A DNA stretch of 63,222 nt, the filler included. It is 4 parts of 4 records of this genome, joined end to end, with 100 filler letters (N's around TTAATTAATTAA, not from the genome) between each part and the next. Parts side by side here need not be neighbours in the genome. Positions count along the whole stretch, not along the records: positions 22,765 to 44,904 come from SRR22947727_1163; 3 more parts are not named here. One strand, written 5' to 3'. The position numbers and the translations under genes are program-made. This document shows positions 29,210 to 38,575 of this stretch, piece by piece. Under the pieces are notes generated by a model that saw only the letters and a list, made by a program, of their open reading frames with translations, was not told the DNA's origin and made no database searches. Position 1 is the stretch's first letter. The number at the start of each line of letters is the position of its first letter.

Positions 29210-29573
29210 CTTTTAAATAATTATTAATTTCATTTATTACATTCTCATAATTGTTATGCCAACAAGATTTCCAATTGTTTTTTTCTAATTTATCTAACCA
29301 ATATTTTTGATTATTTGTAGGTTTATTATAACCTACTTTTAATTCAATTGCTAATCCATTATAATTATTATTTGGTGTAAAAATCATTATATCAGGTAAA
29401 CCAGCTTTTGATCCTAAAAATTTCATTTTAAATTGTTCAAATGGTGTTCTTTTACCCTCGTTTGATACATGAGTGTAAAGTACATTCGGATAATTATATT
29501 TAATATAATTCATTATTTTGTTTTGTAAAATATCTTCTTTACCTAAATATTTTAAATAAGGATTTCTTTTCAT
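29196..29573 (-). CDS. VRR-NUC domain nuclease
   Basis: E..LQ, HVSNEGKR, G.KAGLPD, IELK, PT.NQ..W. Confidence 0.88.
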   Translation of the reverse strand: MKRNPYLKYLGKEDILQNKIMNYIKYNYPNVLYTHVSNEGKRTPFEQFKMKFLGSKAGLPDIMIFTPNNNYNGLAIELKVGYNKPTNNQKYWLDKLEKNNWKSCWHNNYENVINEINNYLKDGKT

Positions 29574-29593
29574 ATAACAAAATTATATAAAAA

Positions 29594-29995
29594 TTACTCT
29601 ATTTCAGACAATTTATATATAAGTTCATTTAATTCATCAATCTCACCTCTTAATAACTCAGTTTCAAATAATAAATTATTATATTTTAAAACTAACTTTT
29701 TTGCTGATAATTCCTCATTATGGAAACAAAAAAACTTGAGTTTTGTCATTACCAATTCATAATCTCTTTGTAATTGTTTATTATATTTTAATAAATCTGG
29801 CAAACTTTTTAAACTCCATAAAACAGTTGCGTGATTTTTATTTAAAGAATCAGAAATTTGGTGATATGGTATATTTAAATAATCTCTACATGCTTTATAA
29901 TAACAAGCTCTAGCAAATACATATCTTTCTTTTCTAGTATTATTATTTATATCTAAATTAAAATGTCTGTTAACTATTTTTTTTAACTCTTCCAT
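29594..29995 (-). CDS. DnaA C-terminal (domain IV)-like HTH protein with coiled-coil tail
   Basis: TRKERYVFAR..YY, YHQIS..LNKNHATVLW resembles DnaA DHTTV. Confidence 0.72.
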   Translation of the reverse strand: MEELKKIVNRHFNLDINNNTRKERYVFARACYYKACRDYLNIPYHQISDSLNKNHATVLWSLKSLPDLLKYNKQLQRDYELVMTKLKFFCFHNEELSAKKLVLKYNNLLFETELLRGEIDELNELIYKLSEIE

Positions 29996-30753
29996 TTTCT
30001 TCTTATTAAGTAACTTCCATCATCACATTGTTCACCATCATATAGAGTTATATTACCATCTTTTATATATTTTTTCCATTGCTCTAATGCTTTTTTATAA
30101 AGTACTCTACCTTCTTCGATAAACTCATCATCTAATGTGTGTACCACAGTAGTATAAGGATGATTAGTTTCTACACAAATAAATTTAAAATTATCTATTT
30201 CTAACATATCCATATAAAATGCCGCTTGTATATGATAAGAATATTTTAAAACGTCTAATTTAAATTGTTTAGGTGTATTTCTTTGGCAAGTTTTTACATC
30301 AGAAATATAATTACCAATATTATTAACTACATCAGGACGTATTCTAACGTCTATTCCGTCGTGTTTCTTATAATGTGATAATTCTTTTTCACCTTTAGTA
30401 TATTTTGTTGCCAAAACATTTTTTTTATAATTCTGTTTAATGTTTTTTATTATATCGTAAGTATCTTGATCTAATATAATTTTACCATCAGCACTTTTTA
30501 TTGCATCTTGATATGCTTCTTTTCCAGCTTTAGTTCTTTTATCTATTTTTTGAATAACATAATATAAATCAAAAAAATTATCTGGCTCAAGTATTGCTTG
30601 ATGAACAGCAGTTCCTAAAGCCATAGCAGGTGTTTCTTTAAATTTTTCATTTAAAAAATGATAAACTGATGAACTATGTATTTTTTTTAAACCACTAGCA
30701 CTTATACTATTTTTTGAGTGGTACTCATCGTTAGTGTCTTTTACTATTAACAT
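29983..30753 (-). CDS. RecE/exonuclease VIII-like PD-(D/E)XK nuclease (DUF3799-like)
   Basis: EYH, ISASGLK, AM.LGTAVH..ILEP, RPD, DVKT, YHIQAAFY. Confidence 0.88.
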   Translation of the reverse strand: MLIVKDTNDEYHSKNSISASGLKKIHSSSVYHFLNEKFKETPAMALGTAVHQAILEPDNFFDLYYVIQKIDKRTKAGKEAYQDAIKSADGKIILDQDTYDIIKNIKQNYKKNVLATKYTKGEKELSHYKKHDGIDVRIRPDVVNNIGNYISDVKTCQRNTPKQFKLDVLKYSYHIQAAFYMDMLEIDNFKFICVETNHPYTTVVHTLDDEFIEEGRVLYKKALEQWKKYIKDGNITLYDGEQCDDGSYLIRRKWKS

Positions 30754-30887
30754 CCTGATAGTTTTAAAGTTAATAAACTAAACGATAACATTAAAGCAAT
30801 AATTAAACATACTTTTATTACCGTCATTGATTGATGCTCTTTAAAGGGTGATCTACCTTGATTTGATCTATATTGTCTTTTTTTCAT
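30747..30887 (-). CDS. Small membrane protein, 46 aa (not in ORF track)
   Basis: MKKRQYRSNQGRSPFKEHQSMTVIKVCLIIALMLSFSLLTLKLSGC; fills the gap exactly and overlaps the next start. Confidence 0.7.
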   Translation of the reverse strand: MKKRQYRSNQGRSPFKEHQSMTVIKVCLIIALMLSFSLLTLKLSGC

Positions 30888-30888
30888 A

Positions 30889-31218
30889 TTATATATGTTT
30901 TTTTAATCTATTAATAATCTCATCTCCATTATAAACATCTCTTTCGTTTTTTAATCTAAATGCAACTCTAAAATGAAAATCCTTATTATCTTTTAAAATT
31001 TCATCATATTTTTTAGGATCAGTTAAGTTTATTAAACTTATATCGTACTTGTCTTTTTTTAATTTTCCATTATTGCCACAAAAACTAATTTGATCTTTAT
31101 CAATTAAATCTTGTAATAAAAAATTAATATCAAATATATTTAACTTGTCAATTTTTCTTTTGTAAGAATTTAACATTCTCATATATTTTTTTTGTAGTTT
31201 ACTTTTTGTATTTACCAT
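30889..31218 (-). CDS. Hypothetical phage protein
   Basis: 109-aa basic ORF, first gene after a terminator. Confidence 0.65.
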   Translation of the reverse strand: MVNTKSKLQKKYMRMLNSYKRKIDKLNIFDINFLLQDLIDKDQISFCGNNGKLKKDKYDISLINLTDPKKYDEILKDNKDFHFRVAFRLKNERDVYNGDEIINRLKKHI

Positions 31219-31274
31219 AGATTATAAATTTTCTTTTAAATTAAAAATAATTTTTAAATAAAACAAATTAAAAT

Positions 31275-31301
31275 AAAAAAAAGGCAACCTTTCGATTGCC
31301 T
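31275..31301 (-). terminator. Intrinsic terminator after the SSB-like gene
   Basis: AGGCAATC-GAAA-GGTTGCCT followed by a T-run. Confidence 0.85.
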
Positions 31302-31323
31302 ATTCTCCTATTGCTGCTAATAT

Positions 31324-31608
31324 TTAGAAAGGAAGATCATTTGATGGCTCTTCTTTTTTATCATTAGTTTGAGGCGGTTGATATTCATTTTTAGTAATAG
31401 AAGCCGATCCATCTTGATTAACCCATAAACTAAATTTAAACTGTGTATTACCTTGATATTCGGTTTTACACTTATCTGCTTTACCAGATTTTAAATACTC
31501 AATTAATTGATTAGGTGTGATAACACCATTCCAACATGGAGCACTCTCATTTTTATTGAAGATTCTTATTCCTTCAATGTAGTTAGGTTCTTTTTTTGAT
31601 TCACTCAT
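31324..31608 (-). CDS. Putative single-stranded DNA-binding protein
   Basis: Small protein ending in the acidic tail EEPSNDLPF, next to ERF. Confidence 0.65.
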   Translation of the reverse strand: MSESKKEPNYIEGIRIFNKNESAPCWNGVITPNQLIEYLKSGKADKCKTEYQGNTQFKFSLWVNQDGSASITKNEYQPPQTNDKKEEPSNDLPF

Positions 31609-31611
31609 AAT

Positions 31612-32001
31612 TTAAAATTTATATTGATTTTTATTGTTAACTTTTCTGTTTGATGCAATATTGCCATCATCATCCTCACATTCTAATCCTAATAAAGAAA
31701 TAATATTATATCTTCTAAAATATGTAATAGCACCTCCTATTTTTTGCGGATCATTTGTGTCAGGTAGTTTAATAGAACTATATATTCTTTCTTTTGATCC
31801 TACATCTTGTATAATTGCATTTACTTCATTATTTAATATTGGCTGTATTAGTAACAACTTATATTTTTTTAATAAAGGTTTTAAATGTTTTAATAACTGA
31901 TTTATATCAGCATAATTTGATTTAAAGAAAGGATTTTTTGAATCCTTAGATATTGCTTCAATTTCTTGTTGCAACGAAAATAATTTTTGATAAAATTCCA
32001 T
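31612..32001 (-). CDS. ERF family single-strand annealing protein
   Basis: NPFFKSNYAD, Q.IGGAITYFRRY, EDDDGN. Confidence 0.9.
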   Translation of the reverse strand: MEFYQKLFSLQQEIEAISKDSKNPFFKSNYADINQLLKHLKPLLKKYKLLLIQPILNNEVNAIIQDVGSKERIYSSIKLPDTNDPQKIGGAITYFRRYNIISLLGLECEDDDGNIASNRKVNNKNQYKF

Positions 32002-32013
32002 AATTTTGTTTTT

Positions 32014-32205
32014 TTAAATTAAACGATTCATACTTTTAAATCCCATTTCTTTTAATGTTAATATTTCGTCTAACGTAAATCTGCCGGGATTATTAATTCT
32101 GTTAGCTAATGTTGGACGAGTGCAATCTAAAATTTTACAAACTTTATGTTTGTTTAATTTTAAGTTTTTAATGTCTTCTTCAAAATATAATTTAAAGTAA
32201 TTCAT
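32014..32205 (-). CDS. Small HTH (Cro-like) protein
   Basis: KHKVCKILDCTRPTL..RINNPGRFTLDEI; first gene of the early block. Confidence 0.7.
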   Translation of the reverse strand: MNYFKLYFEEDIKNLKLNKHKVCKILDCTRPTLANRINNPGRFTLDEILTLKEMGFKSMNRLI

Positions 32206-32261
32206 ATAATAATTTTTGTTAAAGATAATAAAATTTATTTTAAAATTAAAAAAAAACTTTT

Positions 32262-32300
32262 AAAAAAGTACCCCCCAAAGTAAAGAACAATGAGGGGCAC
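32262..32300 (-). terminator. Intrinsic terminator ending the tail operon
   Basis: GTGCCCCTCA-13 nt-TGGGGGGTAC followed by T6. Confidence 0.75.
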
Positions 32301-32323
32301 AGCAGCAAACAGAAAAAGAAAGT

Positions 32324-34294
32324 TTAAAATTTTATAACAAAATCAGTCGATAAATCATCATCTTGATTAGGTATATGCATAACAGTTTTATATGTATTTT
32401 TTTTAATATTATAGTTTATAGAATCGATATAACAGCTTACTGGTTCTTGTAATACACTAGAGCCAAAGTTAATCCATATTTTATTATGTAATCCTAAAGG
32501 CAATACATTATTATTGTATAAATCTCCCTCGTATCTAATTACAAAATCTCTATAATCATTTATCACTTGTTGTGATGTAATTTGTTCAATTGATTTTAAA
32601 TAATTTGTTTTATCTCTTGATCTATAAAATTCACCACTTATTTTTGAATATTCTTCGTTAGTTAATATCAATTTATCTAATTCTAATAATCCAGTAAAAT
32701 TTCCACTTCGTTTTCTTATAAATTGTAATAAATCAAACTTTTCAAAAAACTCTGATCTTTGACCATCTGCATTTATATATACCTTGTCAAATATTATAGA
32801 ATCCCAATGAGTATCAGTAAATCCAGATGTACTACTTGTTTGAAATGGGTCATATAAATAAAAATATAATCTCCAAGAATTATTAGGTAAATTTGGTGCT
32901 GTAAAATCATAACTTTTCCATCTTCTGTTATTTATAACATTAACCTCATTAATTGTAGCAGTTGTAGTCCAAGTATCGCCATTCCAATATCTAGTCGCAA
33001 TTGGTGGATCGCCTGGTATAACAAAAGCAACAGCTTTTACTTGCCATCTAAAACCTCTGGTTTGACCAGATGTTGAATTAAAAAAATTATTTATTTTTAA
33101 TTTGTAACCAACAAAATCTGATCCAGCTTCATCAATATAATTCACTAGAGTAGCTGTAACATTAGTTCCACTAGCAGTAGTTTGTATATTAGTTGATTTA
33201 AGAGAGGCATCACCTTGATAGCTAAAACCCGAATCAATACTACTGTTTGTAAGTGTCCATCCAGATGATCCAAATTCAAAACCAGAATTACCTATAATAT
33301 TTGTGCTAAAAAAACCTTTCATATCTACACTTTGTGTGTATTGTTTTAAGGGTCGTAAATATTCTTTTGTTAAGCTATTACTAATTGGTTGTAAATCACT
33401 TGGTACAATAGATAAAACATCAACAGTACTAGTGGATATATATACACCAGCTGAATTATAAATGTGATATTTTATACCCTCATCATTATTAGTTTGTAAA
33501 CTTGTAGTTTCAGCAGATCGAATACCAGTAGGAATAGTTCCGCTATTAGCAGAAGTAGCACTACTATCTTTTACTGATTGTTCGCTATAACTAGAATTAT
33601 TTATAATATACCATCTGCCATAGCTTTGAAAAATTCTACTATTTGTAAATTTTAAAATTTGTTCTAAAACCTCTTTACAATTTTTTGGATCAACACCATC
33701 TGTAAAAAAACTTGTAGCACCACAAGAAGCTTGATCAAATATATTATATCCAGTACTAGAACCATCTTTTTGTATATCATTCGAAACATAAATATCTAAA
33801 CCTAAATTTATATTCTCTAATATCTCATGTATAAAAACCATAAAAACTCCAGCTAACTGACTACCATTAGATGTTATTAATGGCTGTGTAAAACCATCTA
33901 AACTACCTAAACCATCATATCCTTTTAGAATTATAGGATAAGGAGTAGAAGTAACAGCTTCTTGAAATTGATCCACTAATAACCATCCTTGCCAATATGT
34001 TTGATAATTGTTACTCCCATCTTTATAAGATATTTTAATTTTATACTCTCTCTCATCTGCGATAAAAAAATCATCATAATTTGTTAAATCTGTAACAAAA
34101 AGATTTATTTGACAAGTTGACCCAATAATTGGATCGTAAAAATTATCATCTTGATCCCAAGAAATTTCAATAGGATCATCTGTGCAAACTAAATCATATA
34201 TAGTTCCAGTATAATTATCTTTTAATATTTCAATTTTTTTTCCGTTACCTAAAACGTCATCAAATTCTAATTTAAATTTTACTCCGTATGCCAT
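32324..34294 (-). CDS. Minor tail / tail-tip protein
   Basis: 656-aa beta-rich ORF coupled to the tape measure; central NSGFE carbohydrate-binding-like insert. Confidence 0.65.
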   Translation of the reverse strand: MAYGVKFKLEFDDVLGNGKKIEILKDNYTGTIYDLVCTDDPIEISWDQDDNFYDPIIGSTCQINLFVTDLTNYDDFFIADEREYKIKISYKDGSNNYQTYWQGWLLVDQFQEAVTSTPYPIILKGYDGLGSLDGFTQPLITSNGSQLAGVFMVFIHEILENINLGLDIYVSNDIQKDGSSTGYNIFDQASCGATSFFTDGVDPKNCKEVLEQILKFTNSRIFQSYGRWYIINNSSYSEQSVKDSSATSANSGTIPTGIRSAETTSLQTNNDEGIKYHIYNSAGVYISTSTVDVLSIVPSDLQPISNSLTKEYLRPLKQYTQSVDMKGFFSTNIIGNSGFEFGSSGWTLTNSSIDSGFSYQGDASLKSTNIQTTASGTNVTATLVNYIDEAGSDFVGYKLKINNFFNSTSGQTRGFRWQVKAVAFVIPGDPPIATRYWNGDTWTTTATINEVNVINNRRWKSYDFTAPNLPNNSWRLYFYLYDPFQTSSTSGFTDTHWDSIIFDKVYINADGQRSEFFEKFDLLQFIRKRSGNFTGLLELDKLILTNEEYSKISGEFYRSRDKTNYLKSIEQITSQQVINDYRDFVIRYEGDLYNNNVLPLGLHNKIWINFGSSVLQEPVSCYIDSINYNIKKNTYKTVMHIPNQDDDLSTDFVIKF

Positions 34295-36546
34295 TATTTA
34301 ATTCTATTTCTATTACGATCTGCTCTTTGTAAAGCAACCACTAAATCTTGTCCTTTTAAAGTAAATTGACCGCCAACTTGAACACTTGATCCACCGCCAT
34401 CGCCAATCATATTTTTTAATTTATCTAAAGGTGCTACTACCTCAGGATTTGATCTAGCACCCGGATATTCTCCAAAGAGTCCAAGAGTTGGAGTGCTTAC
34501 TATTCCACCTTTTGCAAATTTCTTTGTATCTCCACCCTTTACTATTGATGCAGCACTTTGTATCATTTTACCAACTGCAATTAATGCAATACCAGCTGCA
34601 ATAGCTGTAAATGGATTACTAAACGACATTTTGATAGCTTCCATAGTTAATCCAATTTTTATTGCTAATTGACCAAGTTGTATTGCCATTGATCCAATTG
34701 CTCCTAATAAAACACTAGCTAAACTTTGAGCTAAATTACCACCATTAGTAATTGCATCAGCTAAAGCCATTCCAACACCCTCAGCCATTTGTTGAAATCC
34801 ACCAGTAACAATACTACCGGCTTGATTCATTATTTCAGTCATCTTTTGTATTTCTTCTTGTGTTTTAATATTAAACTGAGCTATACTTGAATTTGTAGTT
34901 TCGAAAGGTTTTTTAGCACTTTCTACAAGTTTATCCATTCCCTCGTTTAATGCTTTACCACCTTCGGTAGTTACAGCAAACATATCGTTTAAGAAATTAC
35001 GTCTATTCATTACAGCTTTTTCTTGCTGTATTTGTTCTTCTTGATTAAATACTGATAAACCACTTTTTAATGGAGTTATACCACCACTACTATCACCGCT
35101 ATCTGTATCAGTTTTTTTACTTACTATCTCAGCTTCTATTTTAATTTTTGGTTTTGTATTAGAAATATTTGCTATTCCATTTGCAATTACATCAAGTGCT
35201 TCTCTTGTTGCAATATCTGTTTCAGATTTAACATCTTTAACAATATTATCAAAACCACCTTTTAATGATTTAGTGATTTCTGATACACCTATTTTTATTA
35301 AATCTGTATCTAACGAAAAAGCACCTTTTATAATTGTACCAAAATTACCAACTACATCTGATATTGATTTAAATACACCAGTAACAACGGTATATATTAA
35401 TTTCATTTGTAATTTTATTTTTATAAAAGCTAATTTAAAAACTGCACTTATTGATTCAATTAAAACTCTAAAACCATAAGATTCATTATATAAATCAATA
35501 AAATAATTAGTAACATCTATTATTGCTTTTTTAATTGGTTTCCAATTTTTAGTTATTACAACAGCTATTGCAGCTAAACCAGCTATAACTAATCCAACTG
35601 GACCCATCATTACTGTTAATGCTGATCCTATTGCTGGTGCTAATGTTAACAAAGTTCCAATAGCAATTAATATTGGACCAAGTGCAACACCAAAGCCAAC
35701 CATTATAACTGTAAATTTTTTAGTTTCTGGTGTTAATGATTTAAATCTTTTAGTTAGTTCGCCAATAAATCTCGTGATTTTAGGTATGTTTTCTGATAGA
35801 TTAAATGCTTTGCTTATCTCTTGTCCCAATTCTGCAAAAGCTATGTTTAAATTGTCTCTTAGTGTGCTAAATAAACCATTTAAAGTTTTACTTAATGTAT
35901 TCATTCCACCATGGAATTTTCCTCCCTCTTGTGTTGCCTTTGCGAATGCAGCTTGTAAAACATCAAAAGTTATTTTACCCTCAGTTGCTAATTCTCTAAC
36001 TTCACTAGCACTTTTACCAGTAACGTCAGCCAATAAATCGTACATTGGAACACCATTATTAATAAACTGTAAAATATCTCTAGACATTACTCTACCCTCT
36101 GCTGCCGATTGACCAAAAGCTATTGCTATCCTTTGTAAATCACCACCAGCAACTGCGGCAATATCTCCTAGTTGTGCCATTGAATTATATGCTTGATCAG
36201 CACTCAATCCGAATCCCATTAAAGTATTATTAGCTTTAACTATCTGATCTAATTGAAAAGGTGTTTTTGATGAAAATTCTACTAATCTTTCAAATGCTTT
36301 AGCACCCTCTTCAACTGATCCAGTCAATACATTTAATGTAGTTTGTAATTTCTCAAAATTTGCAGCTTGTTTTAAAGCTATACCACCTGCTATTGCTAAT
36401 GGTGCAGAAATGTATTTTGATATTTCTTTACCAACCTTTTGAGTTTTTTTTCCGAATTGTCCGATACTAGAACTCGCATTTTTTAAAGCCGCTTTTAATT
36501 GAGCTATATCAGCAATAAAATTAATTCTAACATTCTTATCTGCCAT
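34294..36546 (-). CDS. Tape measure protein
   Basis: KTPFQL, AFGQ..A.GR, NNGVP tape-measure domain; Ala/Gly-rich helical repeats; C-terminal FAKGGIV..PT, NPEVVAPL. Confidence 0.92.
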   Translation of the reverse strand: MADKNVRINFIADIAQLKAALKNASSSIGQFGKKTQKVGKEISKYISAPLAIAGGIALKQAANFEKLQTTLNVLTGSVEEGAKAFERLVEFSSKTPFQLDQIVKANNTLMGFGLSADQAYNSMAQLGDIAAVAGGDLQRIAIAFGQSAAEGRVMSRDILQFINNGVPMYDLLADVTGKSASEVRELATEGKITFDVLQAAFAKATQEGGKFHGGMNTLSKTLNGLFSTLRDNLNIAFAELGQEISKAFNLSENIPKITRFIGELTKRFKSLTPETKKFTVIMVGFGVALGPILIAIGTLLTLAPAIGSALTVMMGPVGLVIAGLAAIAVVITKNWKPIKKAIIDVTNYFIDLYNESYGFRVLIESISAVFKLAFIKIKLQMKLIYTVVTGVFKSISDVVGNFGTIIKGAFSLDTDLIKIGVSEITKSLKGGFDNIVKDVKSETDIATREALDVIANGIANISNTKPKIKIEAEIVSKKTDTDSGDSSGGITPLKSGLSVFNQEEQIQQEKAVMNRRNFLNDMFAVTTEGGKALNEGMDKLVESAKKPFETTNSSIAQFNIKTQEEIQKMTEIMNQAGSIVTGGFQQMAEGVGMALADAITNGGNLAQSLASVLLGAIGSMAIQLGQLAIKIGLTMEAIKMSFSNPFTAIAAGIALIAVGKMIQSAASIVKGGDTKKFAKGGIVSTPTLGLFGEYPGARSNPEVVAPLDKLKNMIGDGGGSSVQVGGQFTLKGQDLVVALQRADRNRNRIK

Positions 36547-36574
36547 AGTAAATTTTTATACAAAAATAACAAAT

Positions 36575-36916
36575 TTATAACTGTACTGTTTTACCCTTTA
36601 AATTTTCTAGTTTTTCTTTAAATTTAATATATTCTTCTTTAGTAGATTTAGGTTTACCTTTCTCTAAATAAACATCTTGTGGTAGTGGAAAAAGTTTATC
36701 AGGAGAGATCATTTGATTTCTTTTAGTACAATTTACATTGAATATCATAGCAGAATTATATCTTACTCTTTCCCAATGTAAATTTTGTTGAATTAAATAA
36801 GATTCTCCAAGTAAGTGATTCTCTTTCCACGTGTGTAACCAAAAATCATTTGGTGGTATGCCAACTTGACCAATGTAAAAATCTAAAAGAGAATCCCAAT
36901 CAAGCTGGCTAGTTAC
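36575..36916 (-). CDS. Tail assembly chaperone frameshift extension (gpT-like), 113 codons
   Basis: Open -1 frame starting at slippery GGGAAAG (36916-36922): VTSQLDWDSLLDFYIGQVGIPPNDFWLHTWKE...FPLPQD...TVQL*. Confidence 0.85.
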   Translation of the reverse strand, partial: VTSQLDWDSLLDFYIGQVGIPPNDFWLHTWKENHLLGESYLIQQNLHWERVRYNSAMIFNVNCTKRNQMISPDKLFPLPQDVYLEKGKPKSTKEEYIKFKEKLENLKGKTVQL

Positions 36917-37287
36917 TTTCCCTTAGTAGATTTTTTTACGTTTCTTTCTAAACCAGAATTTAAATTGTTACCTAATATTCTAGATTGCATCATAACATTT
37001 ACAATATCATTTAATTTTTCACTATCTACATCCTCAAGCCATACACCAACTTTAAATTGATTATAAGTTATTTCGTTGCCTTGTTCTTGATCATTAGCTA
37101 ACAAACCAGAGTATATAATTGATCTTATAGTGCTAATATTAACACCTTTTTCAAATACATTACCTAATTCTTCTAATGATACTCCTAAAATGTCTGTAAA
37201 GTTTGCCCAGAAATTCATTGAAAAATGCATAGTACGCATCTTTCCACCTATTTTTAAGGTATAGTAACCTCTCTTTTTGTTTGCCAT
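36913..37287 (-). CDS. Tail assembly chaperone (gpG-like)
   Basis: Between tail tube and tape measure; ends GK-stop on GGGAAAG; start placed at MANKKRGYY. Confidence 0.82.
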   Translation of the reverse strand: MANKKRGYYTLKIGGKMRTMHFSMNFWANFTDILGVSLEELGNVFEKGVNISTIRSIIYSGLLANDQEQGNEITYNQFKVGVWLEDVDSEKLNDIVNVMMQSRILGNNLNSGLERNVKKSTKGK

Positions 37288-37303
37288 TATGTTAAAATTA
37301 TAA

Positions 37304-37327
37304 GGCACACAGAACTAACTATGTGCC
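37304..37327 (-). terminator. Hairpin after the major tail-tube gene (weak terminator or RNA stabiliser)
   Basis: GGCACATAG-TTAGTT-CTGTGTGCC followed by TTATAATTTT. Confidence 0.55.
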
Positions 37328-37339
37328 AGATTTATTTTA

Positions 37340-37762
37340 TTAGTTTGTAGTTTTAGTAATCGCACCAGTAACAGTTATTGATCCACTAAAAGATACTGGA
37401 GATTCCATTTCTGCACTCATTTCAAGGTTATTAATAAAACCAGCACCATTGTAAACTGCATCACCAGTTTCAGCAGTACCAAATGTCCAAAATACTTTTG
37501 TTCTTCCTAGTAAATAATCTGCGGTTTCAATAGCATTGTTAGAGTCGTTGTAAGCAACTAAACCTTCAAATGAAATCTCACCAGATATAACACCAGCAAT
37601 ATGTTCAGCAAAACCAGCTGACGTTTTTGTAGTTGCTTCTGGTAAATCATTACTTAATGATAACGATGCACTTGTACTGTGCCCTACTGCAACTTCTTGT
37701 CCATCTGTTGAGTGAAACTTTAAAATTAAATCTGTTCCGTTAAATACTCCACTTGTAGCCAT
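37340..37762 (-). CDS. Major tail tube protein
   Basis: VFNGTDL, VGHSTSASLSLS, E.TTK.S.GF.E.I.G, Y.G.GFI..LE, SFSGSITVTG. Confidence 0.85.
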   Translation of the reverse strand: MATSGVFNGTDLILKFHSTDGQEVAVGHSTSASLSLSNDLPEATTKTSAGFAEHIAGVISGEISFEGLVAYNDSNNAIETADYLLGRTKVFWTFGTAETGDAVYNGAGFINNLEMSAEMESPVSFSGSITVTGAITKTTN

Positions 37763-37790
37763 AAGAATTATTTTTTTTAATTATTTAAAG

Positions 37791-37798
37791 CAAATATA
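37791..37798 (-). promoter_or_regulatory. Bacteroidota-type -7 promoter element TATATTTG upstream of the tail-tube gene
   Basis: Matches TAnnTTTG; similar elements at 29578-29585, 36561-36568 and 38938-38945, each just upstream of a gene start. Confidence 0.65.
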
Positions 37799-37810
37799 CA
37801 AATAAAAAAT

Positions 37811-38278
37811 TTATACATTTTCCCATTGATCCGCTATTGTTTGCCATTGAGCAAATACATTTTCCCAAGTCAAACCCTCTGTTGGATCGGTAACAGTTAT
37901 TATATGTTGTAAGGTAATTTCTAAATCAAATTCAGTTACAGAATTATCATCACCAACTTCATTTACATTATTTACATAACCCTCTGCTCTAAAAACTAAC
38001 TCAGGATTTGTTAATTGTTTAAAATAAAATACTTGTTTTGATTTTGTAATAACGTAATCTGCAAATTGATTAAAATTTAAAGAATCATTATAAGCTGTTA
38101 ATCCATCACATTTTATACTACCACCTTTTATTAAAGGTAAATATTCAGCAAAACCTAAACTTTCTTTATTAGTTATATCAGTTAGATTTAACTCTAATGT
38201 TATTGATGTGTTTCTAGAATGACCAATAGCTGTTGTATCTTTAACAAGTAAAAAGCTACTGGCATTTATAACTGGCAT
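37811..38278 (-). CDS. Tail tube protein paralogue
   Basis: IGHSRNTSITL, DITNKES.GFAEYLP, GLTAYNDS align with the downstream tube gene; extra Trp-rich C-terminal tail. Confidence 0.75.
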   Translation of the reverse strand: MPVINASSFLLVKDTTAIGHSRNTSITLELNLTDITNKESLGFAEYLPLIKGGSIKCDGLTAYNDSLNFNQFADYVITKSKQVFYFKQLTNPELVFRAEGYVNNVNEVGDDNSVTEFDLEITLQHIITVTDPTEGLTWENVFAQWQTIADQWENV

Positions 38279-38544
38279 TATTTCACTATTTCAGCTTCCT
38301 CAGGGATTGTTTCAAATTCGCCAGATTCTAAATTAACTGAGATTTTTCCATACTTTTCCTCAAGTTCTTTTTTAAGATCATTTTGCTCAGCTTCTATTTT
38401 TTTTAATTCACCTAGTAAAGATTCTTTTGATTTTTCTAAGTTAATTTTTTGAATAGATATTGCACCCATATTAGATACAATATTATTAATTTTTCCTTGA
38501 TTTTCTTGTAAAGATTTTAATTCTTTTTCCTCTAGTTTGCTCAT
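38278..38544 (-). CDS. Coiled-coil phage protein (tail region)
   Basis: Heptad-rich, ends LEEKYGKISVNLESGEF. Confidence 0.7.
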   Translation of the reverse strand: MSKLEEKELKSLQENQGKINNIVSNMGAISIQKINLEKSKESLLGELKKIEAEQNDLKKELEEKYGKISVNLESGEFETIPEEAEIVK

Positions 38545-38575
38545 TATTATTTATTTATAATTATTAATTTTTATT

